From a virus (Duplodnaviria > Caudoviricetes), in IMG/VR virus record IMGVR_UViG_3300020045_016833, positions 1 to 51,308 of that record: a DNA stretch of 51,308 nucleotides; one strand, given 5' to 3'. The notes under the pieces were generated by a model. The model was not told the origin of the DNA. It worked only from the letters and a program-made list of their open reading frames with translations, and ran no database searches. How positions within the stretch are numbered: the first letter of the stretch is position 1; each line of letters opens with the position of its first letter. This document shows positions 18,812-25,832 of this stretch, in pieces. The translations under genes were made by a program, and so were the position numbers.

Positions 18812-19039
18812 ATGGGAGAAAAAAGAAAACCAACAGTAACTATGTTGCTTAATATTCACGGCAAGCGTTCTAAAATAGAATTGTTTCCTAAAAAATTATT
18901 TGAAACCGAGGTATTACCAAGGGAAAGCGCTGACAGGTTTAGATTGCGAGTAGATGGTAAATGGTTTCCTAAAAATAAAAAAGAATATTATACTAAATGG
19001 GAATTTAGAGATCTTTTCTTTCGGAGTATTAGGCTTTAA
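18812..19039 (+). CDS. Hypothetical basic protein
   Basis: RFRLRVDGKW. Confidence 0.6.
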   Translation: MGEKRKPTVTMLLNIHGKRSKIELFPKKLFETEVLPRESADRFRLRVDGKWFPKNKKEYYTKWEFRDLFFRSIRL

Positions 19040-19054
19040 TTATCGTACTAAAGC

Positions 19055-19088
19055 CTTGATACTTCCAAATTGTCAACCCAATATTGCT
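19055..19088 (+). promoter_or_regulatory. Repeated promoter-like element CTTG-N14-TCAACCCAATATTGCT (copy 1)
   Basis: 16-bp exact match with identical CTTG spacing at 21868-21901. Confidence 0.5.
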
Positions 19089-19116
19089 TAACGATAAACA
19101 CTAAAAAAGCAATACC

Positions 19117-19326
19117 ATGGCACTATTATTATTTACTCCACGCACAACGATTGATGCAAACCTATTTCAATTTAGATTAGACAATTCCTGCTATCATGCT
19201 GAATGGAACATGCAAACAGGATCATACGAATTTGAAGAAGAAGAGGAAAACATCGACCAGCTGGAAGAAGACCTATCAATGTCAATTACCTATGACATTA
19301 ACGGATATTATGAACTTCAAAACTAA
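19117..19326 (+). CDS. Small acidic protein
   Basis: EFEEEEENIDQLEED. Confidence 0.65.
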   Translation: MALLLFTPRTTIDANLFQFRLDNSCYHAEWNMQTGSYEFEEEEENIDQLEEDLSMSITYDINGYYELQN

Positions 19327-19332
19327 AACCGG

Positions 19333-19407
19333 ATGTTTAAATACTGCAAAAAATGCTTCACAATGACATTATTCAAACAAGGGAAATGTATAATCTGTAA
19401 AAACTAA
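19333..19407 (+). CDS. 24-aa CxxC-x10-CxxC micro-protein
   Basis: Hand translation MFKYCKKCFTMTLFKQGKCIICKN. Confidence 0.4.
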   Translation: MFKYCKKCFTMTLFKQGKCIICKN

Positions 19408-19412
19408 AAATT

Positions 19413-20057
19413 ATGAATACCTATTCAAAATATTGCCCAAACGTTTTTGTTGCAAAATGCACCGAAAGACACGAAAAAGGAGAAACAATTATCCTGGAAA
19501 CAAAATATGGAAAAGAACACGAATGCATTGTGTTTAATCTTGTGGCCCGAAAAGACGATTGCTATTATTACTCCATCGTAAGAGCTGATGGTTTCAACGT
19601 TCAGGAATGGGCAAAAAGAAAAGCAGAACGTCTACAAAGCGCTGGAAGTACTGCCGAAAAGAAAAGCGATCAGTATTATGAAGCTTCAAAGGAAGGAAAA
19701 GACTTCTTAGCTTTGGCAGAACCAATAAAGATTGGGCACCATAGCGAAAAGCGACATAGGGCTTTGATTGAAAGGAATCACAACAGGATGAAGAATTCAT
19801 TTGAATACTCACAAAAGGCAGCAGACTATCAAAGTAGAGCGGAGTATTGGGAAGGGAAAGCAAATACAATAAATCTATCAATGCCTGAAAGCTTAGAATA
19901 CTATGAGTTCAAGCTTGAAGAAGCAAAAGAAAAACATGAAGGCTTGAAATCCGGAAAGTATGAACGTAGACATTCGTATTCTCTCACTTATGCAAAGAAA
20001 GCAGTCAATGAAGCTGAAAAGAATGTAACTGCAGCATTAAAACTTTGGGGAGAATGA
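19413..20057 (+). CDS. DUF3560-family protein
   Basis: EPIKIGHHSEKRHRALIER signature. Confidence 0.8.
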   Translation: MNTYSKYCPNVFVAKCTERHEKGETIILETKYGKEHECIVFNLVARKDDCYYYSIVRADGFNVQEWAKRKAERLQSAGSTAEKKSDQYYEASKEGKDFLALAEPIKIGHHSEKRHRALIERNHNRMKNSFEYSQKAADYQSRAEYWEGKANTINLSMPESLEYYEFKLEEAKEKHEGLKSGKYERRHSYSLTYAKKAVNEAEKNVTAALKLWGE

Positions 20058-20269
20058 AAATAGAATTTAAAAACTCAAATCTACAATCTACAATAAATGC
20101 ATCAAATAGCATAGAAGGCTTGAAGCGTTATAAAAATGCTGCTGAAGGTGCAATTGTATATTGGGAGAAGCAAAAAGAAGAAAACCATCCACAAGCAGAT
20201 GATAATATTCAATTTTTTAAAGATGCTTTACACCTTTGTGAAGCTAAATTACAAGTAAAAGCGAAGTAG
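20054..20269 (+). CDS. Hypothetical protein
   Basis: ATGA-coupled. Confidence 0.55.
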   Translation: MKIEFKNSNLQSTINASNSIEGLKRYKNAAEGAIVYWEKQKEENHPQADDNIQFFKDALHLCEAKLQVKAK

Positions 20270-20344
20270 TTAATCAGTTTATAACCTTAAAATCATCTTA
20301 TTGGTAATATTTAATTAAAGTTTATTGCAGCATTATGAAGTTTG

Positions 20345-20388
20345 ATGTAGTATAATATGCTACTAACACATAATATTTTTTACATTTG
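20345..20388 (+). promoter_or_regulatory. Palindromic operator (ATGTAGTATAATATGCTAC) plus -7 box TACATTTG
   Basis: 17/19 match to 22895-22913; TAnnTTTG at 20381-20388. Confidence 0.55.
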
Positions 20389-20422
20389 TTTCATAATGTT
20401 GCCAAATAAAAAATAATAATTT

Positions 20423-21907
20423 ATGAATGATCAAATAATTGAATCTAGAATTGATAAAACAGAGTTGATAAAATGGAAAGAGTTGCAATTCATCCAGCAG
20501 GACAATTTCAAGGAATGGATAAATAACGGCTCCGAAAAACTGATTGAATCCATTATCAAATATCAATTTATTGATCCGTTCAAAGTTTGGAAGCACAACG
20601 GTATAAACTATTGCTTGGATGGTAGACACCGTTATTTGGATTTAGAAAAGGTCATTGCATCTGGTAAAATAGTTCCGGATGAATTGCCGGCTACTTTTAT
20701 CAATTGTGCTAGCATGAAAGAAGCTGCTGAATTAGTATTAGTATATTCTTCTTCTTATGCAAAAATCACACAACAGGGATTATATGATTTCGTTCAAAAC
20801 TTTGATTTAGATTTTCCGGATTTACAAACTATGATGAATATTCCGGACTTTGATAACATTGCTTTTGAGGGAATGTTAAACCAAAGCGAAAATAATAATG
20901 AGCCTATCATTCCAGGTTCATTGAAAGACAGTTTTATATTTCCTCCATTCTCCATTTTAGATACACGCTCCGGACCATGGCAAGAACGAAAAAGAAAATG
21001 GTTAGCGCTTGGTTTCAATTCTCAAGAAACCAGAGAAGATGTTGAGCTTATTGCAAAAAGCGGTCAATCGACAGCAATCTACGAACTTAGAAATAAAATG
21101 CGAGACAGTTTAAATCGCGAGCCATCATGGGATGAAATCATTGATTATGCAAAACAAAAGGGAATGCACGTTTATGAAGGTGCAAGTATATTCGACCCGG
21201 TATTATGCGAGCTTCTGTACAAGTGGTTCTGTACTAACGGAGGTTCTGTACTTGATCCATTCGCTGGCGGTTCTGTTCGTGGTGTTGTAGCTGGAATACT
21301 TGGATATCCTTATGCCGGAATTGATTTAAGGCTGGACCAGGTAGAAGCCAATAGAAAGCAAGGCGCTTTATTGAACCTGAAGGATGTAAATTGGTTTGAT
21401 GGTGACAGTAACGAAGTTTTGGATTCATATAAACCACTTGAAGGCTTTGATTTTCTTATGAGCTGTCCTCCTTACGCTGACCTTGAGAAATACAGCGACG
21501 ACCCAAAAGACTTATCAAATATGGATTATGCCGACTTCAAAGAGGTTTACTTCAGCATCATCAAGAAATCAGTTGCACAATTGAAAGATGATCGCTTTGC
21601 GTGTTTTGTTGTGGGTGATGTTCGCGACAAAAAAGGATTCTATTACAACTTTGTCAGCGATACAATTCAGGCTTTTAAAGATGCAGGAATGGAATATTAC
21701 AATGAAATAATTTTGGTAAACGTGGTCGGTTCTTTGGCTGTTCGTGTTCGTAGACAATTCAATGGAGGGCGTAAAGTTGGTAAAATGCATCAGAATGTTT
21801 TAGTTTTCTACAAAGGAGATCCAAAGAAAATAAAAGAAAATTATCCGGAGTTAAATCTAGGTGAAGACTTGGAAGAGTTGAATAATCAACCCAATATTGC
21901 TCTGTAA
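20423..21907 (+). CDS. ParB/Srx-like domain fused to a DNA amino-methyltransferase
   Basis: CLDGRHR (ParB-like); SIFDPVL, VLDPFAGGS and SCPPY (MTase). Confidence 0.85.
   Translation: MNDQIIESRIDKTELIKWKELQFIQQDNFKEWINNGSEKLIESIIKYQFIDPFKVWKHNGINYCLDGRHRYLDLEKVIASGKIVPDELPATFINCASMKEAAELVLVYSSSYAKITQQGLYDFVQNFDLDFPDLQTMMNIPDFDNIAFEGMLNQSENNNEPIIPGSLKDSFIFPPFSILDTRSGPWQERKRKWLALGFNSQETREDVELIAKSGQSTAIYELRNKMRDSLNREPSWDEIIDYAKQKGMHVYEGASIFDPVLCELLYKWFCTNGGSVLDPFAGGSVRGVVAGILGYPYAGIDLRLDQVEANRKQGALLNLKDVNWFDGDSNEVLDSYKPLEGFDFLMSCPPYADLEKYSDDPKDLSNMDYADFKEVYFSIIKKSVAQLKDDRFACFVVGDVRDKKGFYYNFVSDTIQAFKDAGMEYYNEIILVNVVGSLAVRVRRQFNGGRKVGKMHQNVLVFYKGDPKKIKENYPELNLGEDLEELNNQPNIAL
21868..21901 (+). promoter_or_regulatory. 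Repeated promoter-like element (copy 2)
   Basis: CTTG-N14-TCAACCCAATATTGCT. Confidence 0.5.
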
Positions 21908-21925
21908 TAATAAAACAAGCAAGCC

Positions 21926-22075
21926 ATGTATTTACTAGAAAAGATTAAAAAAGGAGCAGATTTCACTTATACAATTGAAGATAGAGGAGAAACAATCGCA
22001 ATCAAAACCAAAGTATTTGCAATAGTTGGTAACAGGGTTTTACTCTTAGATGGACATACAGTTTACGCTTTTTAA
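21926..22075 (+). CDS. 49-aa hypothetical protein (MYLLEKIKKGADFTYTIEDRG...)
   Basis: Hand translation. Confidence 0.55.
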   Translation: MYLLEKIKKGADFTYTIEDRGETIAIKTKVFAIVGNRVLLLDGHTVYAF

Positions 22076-22102
22076 ACTTAAATTAAAATAAATATAAATT
22101 AC

Positions 22103-22122
22103 ACGGTGGCTTCGGTCACTGT
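22103..22122 (+). terminator. cUUCGg tetraloop hairpin
   Basis: ACGGTGGC-TTCG-GTCACTGT; weak U tail. Confidence 0.4.
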
Positions 22123-22180
22123 TGAGGTTTGCTCAAAGTTTGCTTACATTTATGCCATCGTAACAAAACTAAGTAAATAA

Positions 22181-22417
22181 ATGGCAAAAACTAACTACCA
22201 AATATTAATCGAAATGAGAAATTCAATTGTCGAGTATTTAGAAGAAGAAAAAACGATAAACGAAAAAGCATTGTTAGCTTATGAGCCAAAACCAATTGCT
22301 GAACAAGATGCGGAAATACGTATTTTAAGAGAAAAAGAAGCTATCAAACTTCGGGATAGAATTACAGAATTAAGCCGACATATTGCGGTTATTAAACGAA
22401 TGTATCCAACTAATTAA
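22181..22417 (+). CDS. Hypothetical helical protein upstream of terS
   Basis: ORF. Confidence 0.65.
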   Translation: MAKTNYQILIEMRNSIVEYLEEEKTINEKALLAYEPKPIAEQDAEIRILREKEAIKLRDRITELSRHIAVIKRMYPTN

Positions 22418-22419
22418 TT

Positions 22420-22872
22420 ATGGCCGGTATCAGATCTACTAAATTAGAAACCGAAAAACGAGTATTCACCATCCAAGGGTGGGTAATTAATGGCGTACAA
22501 GATTATTTGATTTTAAAGAATATTGAGCAAGAATGGGGCGTTTCTCGAAGACAATCTAAAAATCTACTTCAAAAGGCTTATAAGATTTGGCACGAGGACC
22601 AAGAAGCAACTGTTGAACAAAAGCGAGCACTTAGAATAGCTGAACTAAAACAGAACATTCGCTCTATGAAAGATCAGTATAAAGGTACACCTCAGGGTAT
22701 GACCGCAGTCAATCAAATTCAAAAAGAAATAAATAAGCTTGAAGGTATTTATCCAGTTCGAAAAGTTATGATACAAGGAGATAAAGATAACCCAATTTCA
22801 TTTGTAGATAATTCAGATCCAATTTCCCGTGAAAAAAGAATTGCAGAATTAATAGCAAAGGCCCAAAAATAG
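22420..22872 (+). CDS. terS: Probable terminase small subunit
   Basis: HTH (EQEWGVSRRQ), INKLEGIY..QGDKDNPI tail typical of terS. Confidence 0.65.
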   Translation: MAGIRSTKLETEKRVFTIQGWVINGVQDYLILKNIEQEWGVSRRQSKNLLQKAYKIWHEDQEATVEQKRALRIAELKQNIRSMKDQYKGTPQGMTAVNQIQKEINKLEGIYPVRKVMIQGDKDNPISFVDNSDPISREKRIAELIAKAQK

Positions 22873-22893
22873 AAAACTGTTTTTTTTATTTAG

Positions 22894-22930
22894 AATGTAG
22901 CATATTATGCTACATTTTTTATTATATTTG
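22894..22930 (+). promoter_or_regulatory. Perfect 23-bp palindrome plus -7 box of a near-leaderless gene
   Basis: AATGTAGCATA-T-TATGCTACATT at 22894-22916; TATATTTG at 22923-22930; ATG at 22936. Confidence 0.6.
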
Positions 22931-22935
22931 AAATC

Positions 22936-23310
22936 ATGAAATTAAAATCACTGCTCTCAATTATGCTAATCGGGATGATTAGTCTAACAGCATTTGCAAC
23001 TACAAGCAAACTGGAGCAAAAACAAAAAACAGAATTCAAAATGGAACCCTCGTTTCAAATTGAAGCTGTAAACGTAGCAAATGATTTTCAGGTTGTTTTT
23101 GTATTGACAAATTCAGCAATTTTAAAAAACAGTGAAGTGGAAGTCTTTACAATTTTTATCAATCCTGTAGCCATTTTAAATGACGTTGGATGGAAAAGAA
23201 AAAAGCAATCTTATCAATCTATATCATACCAAGATAAGTTGCTGGAGAATTATACTTTAAACTTCAAAAACCATTTTAATTCAGTCCCCAATATGCGGAG
23301 CAACTGTTAA
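22936..23310 (+). CDS. Signal-peptide-bearing hypothetical protein
   Basis: MKLKSLLSIMLIGMISLTAFA. Confidence 0.6.
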   Translation: MKLKSLLSIMLIGMISLTAFATTSKLEQKQKTEFKMEPSFQIEAVNVANDFQVVFVLTNSAILKNSEVEVFTIFINPVAILNDVGWKRKKQSYQSISYQDKLLENYTLNFKNHFNSVPNMRSNC

Positions 23311-23331
23311 AAAGGTTCGATTCAATATATC

Positions 23332-23360
23332 AAAATCCATTCATTAAATGAATGGATTTT
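23332..23360 (+). terminator. 13-bp hairpin immediately before the tRNA-like element
   Basis: AAAATCCATTCAT-TAA-ATGAATGGATTTT. Confidence 0.55.
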
Positions 23361-23365
23361 TAAAT

Positions 23366-23499
23366 GGGGAAGTAGCTCAGGCGAAAGCAAAGGTTAGAGC
23401 ACTAATATTAGGTCGGTAACGGTAGTCTTGAAAAGCCTAGAAAAGTAGAGACAGTGTAAAGCCTTGAAGAGGTCAGCGGTTCGATTCCGTTCTTCTCCA
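23366..23499 (+). ncRNA. tRNA-like RNA with expanded D loop and a 68-nt insert replacing the anticodon arm
   Basis: Acceptor GGGGAAG/CTTCTCC, TA, D stem GCTC/GAGC, variable AGGTC, T arm AGCGG-TTCGATT-CCGTT; no canonical anticodon arm. Confidence 0.75.
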
Positions 23500-23565
23500 C
23501 AACAACCACGAAGATCGAAAACATAGCTGAAGGAGTTTCAATAGGACGTTATTTTAAAGTTCAGC

Positions 23566-23780
23566 AAAAAAAGTCATTCACCCCGATAAGTCGGGACATG
23601 AAACCATTCGGGTTGGAAAGGCTCGTCAAATCATTACATGATACGTGAATTAATGGGATTTTGTCGAGTACATAATCAATAGAACGTAGAAAATCTGAAT
23701 CGTATAGCGTTGAGTTAAGTAGGTGTTTACAATTTCATGAGCTTATCTCTATAAAAAATCAGATGTGAATGACTTTTTTT
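23566..23780 (+). ncRNA. Candidate structured ncRNA closed by a 16-bp stem
   Basis: AAAAAAAGTCATTCAC / GTGAATGACTTTTTTT, several internal stems, no ORF in the track. Confidence 0.55.
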
Positions 23781-23852
23781 TAATTTTTAAAAAACCAGTA
23801 AAATCAATACCTCAGTCAACTTACTACACAGGCCAGAGACAAAAAAATAAAC

Positions 23853-24077
23853 ATGAATATAAAAGAAGAAATTCAATCTACTCCAACTTTCAAAAAGCTA
23901 ATTAAAAGCACACCTTTTTTACAAAAGACTCTTTTGAAATGTACGACAACCGAAAGCATCGAGAGAATTATTTATCAGATACAAAAATTTGGGGAAGATT
24001 ATGTTGCTGACAAAAATTACATGGATCGCGAAGTTCAAATAGCCAAAGAAATAATTGAAAATTTAAATAATAATTAA
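23853..24077 (+). CDS. Hypothetical protein
   Basis: ORF. Confidence 0.6.
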   Translation: MNIKEEIQSTPTFKKLIKSTPFLQKTLLKCTTTESIERIIYQIQKFGEDYVADKNYMDREVQIAKEIIENLNNN

Positions 24078-24079
24078 GA

Positions 24080-24418
24080 ATGAAAATAGAAATCGAAAAA
24101 GGGCGTGTTTTTGTCGACGGTAAAGAAACAGTAGATCCGGTTCTTATTGGTTATGCGGTTTTAGATTATGCCGAAAATTGCAATGTGGATTTATCTACAT
24201 TAAAACAGAAATACCATAATTACATCAAGGACCGAAATCATAGAAAGACTTTCGAGCGTGAAACTCTTATTGATTTGATTGTTTTAAAAAAACTTATTAC
24301 ACCTCAGGAATTAGCAATTGAGGCCAAAAAAATAAATATCTCTCAAGCTACCTGTTATAATGTTTTCTCTTTTCTAAAGGAGGCAGGAATCGCAGACTTT
24401 TCTAACAAATGGAATTAA
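24080..24418 (+). CDS. Truncated Fur-like winged-helix protein with extra N-terminal domain
   Basis: HRKTFERETLIDLI and ISQATCYNVFSFLKEAGI parallel the Fur RKTxER and SRATxYN..L.E.G motifs; ends before the dimerisation domain. Confidence 0.65.
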   Translation: MKIEIEKGRVFVDGKETVDPVLIGYAVLDYAENCNVDLSTLKQKYHNYIKDRNHRKTFERETLIDLIVLKKLITPQELAIEAKKINISQATCYNVFSFLKEAGIADFSNKWN

Positions 24419-24954
24419 AAAATATGAAACCAATAAATTTTAAGGAATCGACTATTGAATTAAAAAAGCCAAAATCAATGACAGATGAAGAATGTTCTAG
24501 TCTGTTTATTCATCAATCAGATACAGGAGAATGTATATCGTGCTGGACAGTTCCTTTTTGGAAACGACTGCAATTTCTATTTCATGGTAAAATATGGCTT
24601 GGAGTTGTTTCCGGTAAAACTCAACCTCCAATTTGGTTAGACTGTAAAAAAACAGTTTTTAAGCCTAAAGTAGATCAAAGACTATTATGGTTAGGTATCA
24701 TGAATCAATGGTTTATTCAATGGTTTTTTATCAGGATTTTTAGTAACCGGGAAGAAGGTTCTCATACGCATTATGGGATTTTATATTGGGTATGGCCGGT
24801 AACTGGATGGATTACAAATTATAAAATTATAGGCGAAAAAATTAAATACAAGCACTTCAAAAAACAAGAAAAATCCAAAGAATCCAAAAAACAAGAGTGT
24901 TATAAAGGACATGGGTTATGTGATTGTACTGGATTGTGTAGAGAAAATTGTTAA
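24409..24954 (+). CDS. Hypothetical phage protein
   Basis: KPKSMTDEECSSL..CISCW..GKIWLGV; Cys-rich tail. Confidence 0.6.
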   Translation: MELKNMKPINFKESTIELKKPKSMTDEECSSLFIHQSDTGECISCWTVPFWKRLQFLFHGKIWLGVVSGKTQPPIWLDCKKTVFKPKVDQRLLWLGIMNQWFIQWFFIRIFSNREEGSHTHYGILYWVWPVTGWITNYKIIGEKIKYKHFKKQEKSKESKKQECYKGHGLCDCTGLCRENC

Positions 24955-24970
24955 ACTTAAATAAAAATAA

Positions 24971-25510
24971 ATGAAAGGATTCTTAGACATTGAAACAGGC
25001 GGTTTCTCCATTACCAAAAATGGAATATGTGAAATTGCATTAATTGCGGTTAATCATCAAAATGAAATTTTTGCAACATTCCATACATTCATAAAACCTT
25101 ACACCAGAGAAGAAGGTTCTGAAGAGTTGGTATCATACAAAGATGATGCAATGGCAATCAATGGCCTTACTGTTGAAAAGCTAATCGAGGAAGGTACAGA
25201 TGTTGAAATAGCAGCTGAGCAATTATACAACTTCATTATACAACATGATATAATTGAAATCATAGGACATAATTCCAAAGTATTTGATGTTCCTAGAATA
25301 AAATATTTACTTCAAAGATTCATGTCAGTGGATTTGACTCCATTAATAAATGAAGATGATACTATGCTCATCGCCAAACAAAAACTAAACCTGCCATCGT
25401 ATAAATTGGAGGTATTATGTGCTCATTTTGGCATTATAAATACAGACTCTCATACTGCCAAAGGCGATGCAAAAGCAACGTTTGAATTATACAAAAAATT
25501 AATCTTGTAA
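24971..25510 (+). CDS. DEDDh 3'-5' exonuclease (DnaQ-like)
   Basis: LDIETGG, GHNSKVFD, HTAKGDA. Confidence 0.9.
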   Translation: MKGFLDIETGGFSITKNGICEIALIAVNHQNEIFATFHTFIKPYTREEGSEELVSYKDDAMAINGLTVEKLIEEGTDVEIAAEQLYNFIIQHDIIEIIGHNSKVFDVPRIKYLLQRFMSVDLTPLINEDDTMLIAKQKLNLPSYKLEVLCAHFGIINTDSHTAKGDAKATFELYKKLIL

Positions 25511-25512
25511 GG

Positions 25513-25827
25513 ATGAAAGGTAAATATTTAATCACTACGGATAATTGGTTTTATGCTCCAGACGGAAAACAATATCGTGGAGTTTGGGGTAATGTAGAAA
25601 TAGTAGGCGATGCTATCTTAGGAATTAAAACAAACGTCAGAAGTTCGAATTGGTTTGCAAAGGTAGGAAGTGAAGATAATCACGTAATAATTGCTGGATG
25701 CCAAATACATTATGCTGTAAAATGTGAAAATGAACCAAATAATGAACCGGTAGAGGATTATAATATTGAGGGAGGTAAGATTTCAAAATTTACACGCCCT
25801 ACAATGTCTTACTATATTGTTAAATAA
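25513..25827 (+). CDS. Hypothetical phage protein
   Basis: ITTDNWFYAPDGKQY..IAGCQIHYA. Confidence 0.7.
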   Translation: MKGKYLITTDNWFYAPDGKQYRGVWGNVEIVGDAILGIKTNVRSSNWFAKVGSEDNHVIIAGCQIHYAVKCENEPNNEPVEDYNIEGGKISKFTRPTMSYYIVK

Positions 25828-25832
25828 TATAA

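Noticed and set aside
7005-22872. Genome-wide TAG recoding
   Set aside because: Long genes are intact in code 11, TAG serves as a normal stop (e.g. 7286, 8261, 22872), and I found only one internal TAG
23402-23469. Amber-suppressor (CUA) or Ser(UGA) anticodon within the tRNA-like insert
   Set aside because: CTA trinucleotides and CTTGAAA occur, but none is closed by a proper 5-bp anticodon stem in the right position
25174-25190. Third copy of the TGAAAAGC motif (TGAAAAGCTAAT) in the exonuclease gene
   Set aside because: Lacks AGTA and the closing stem; explained by coding sequence
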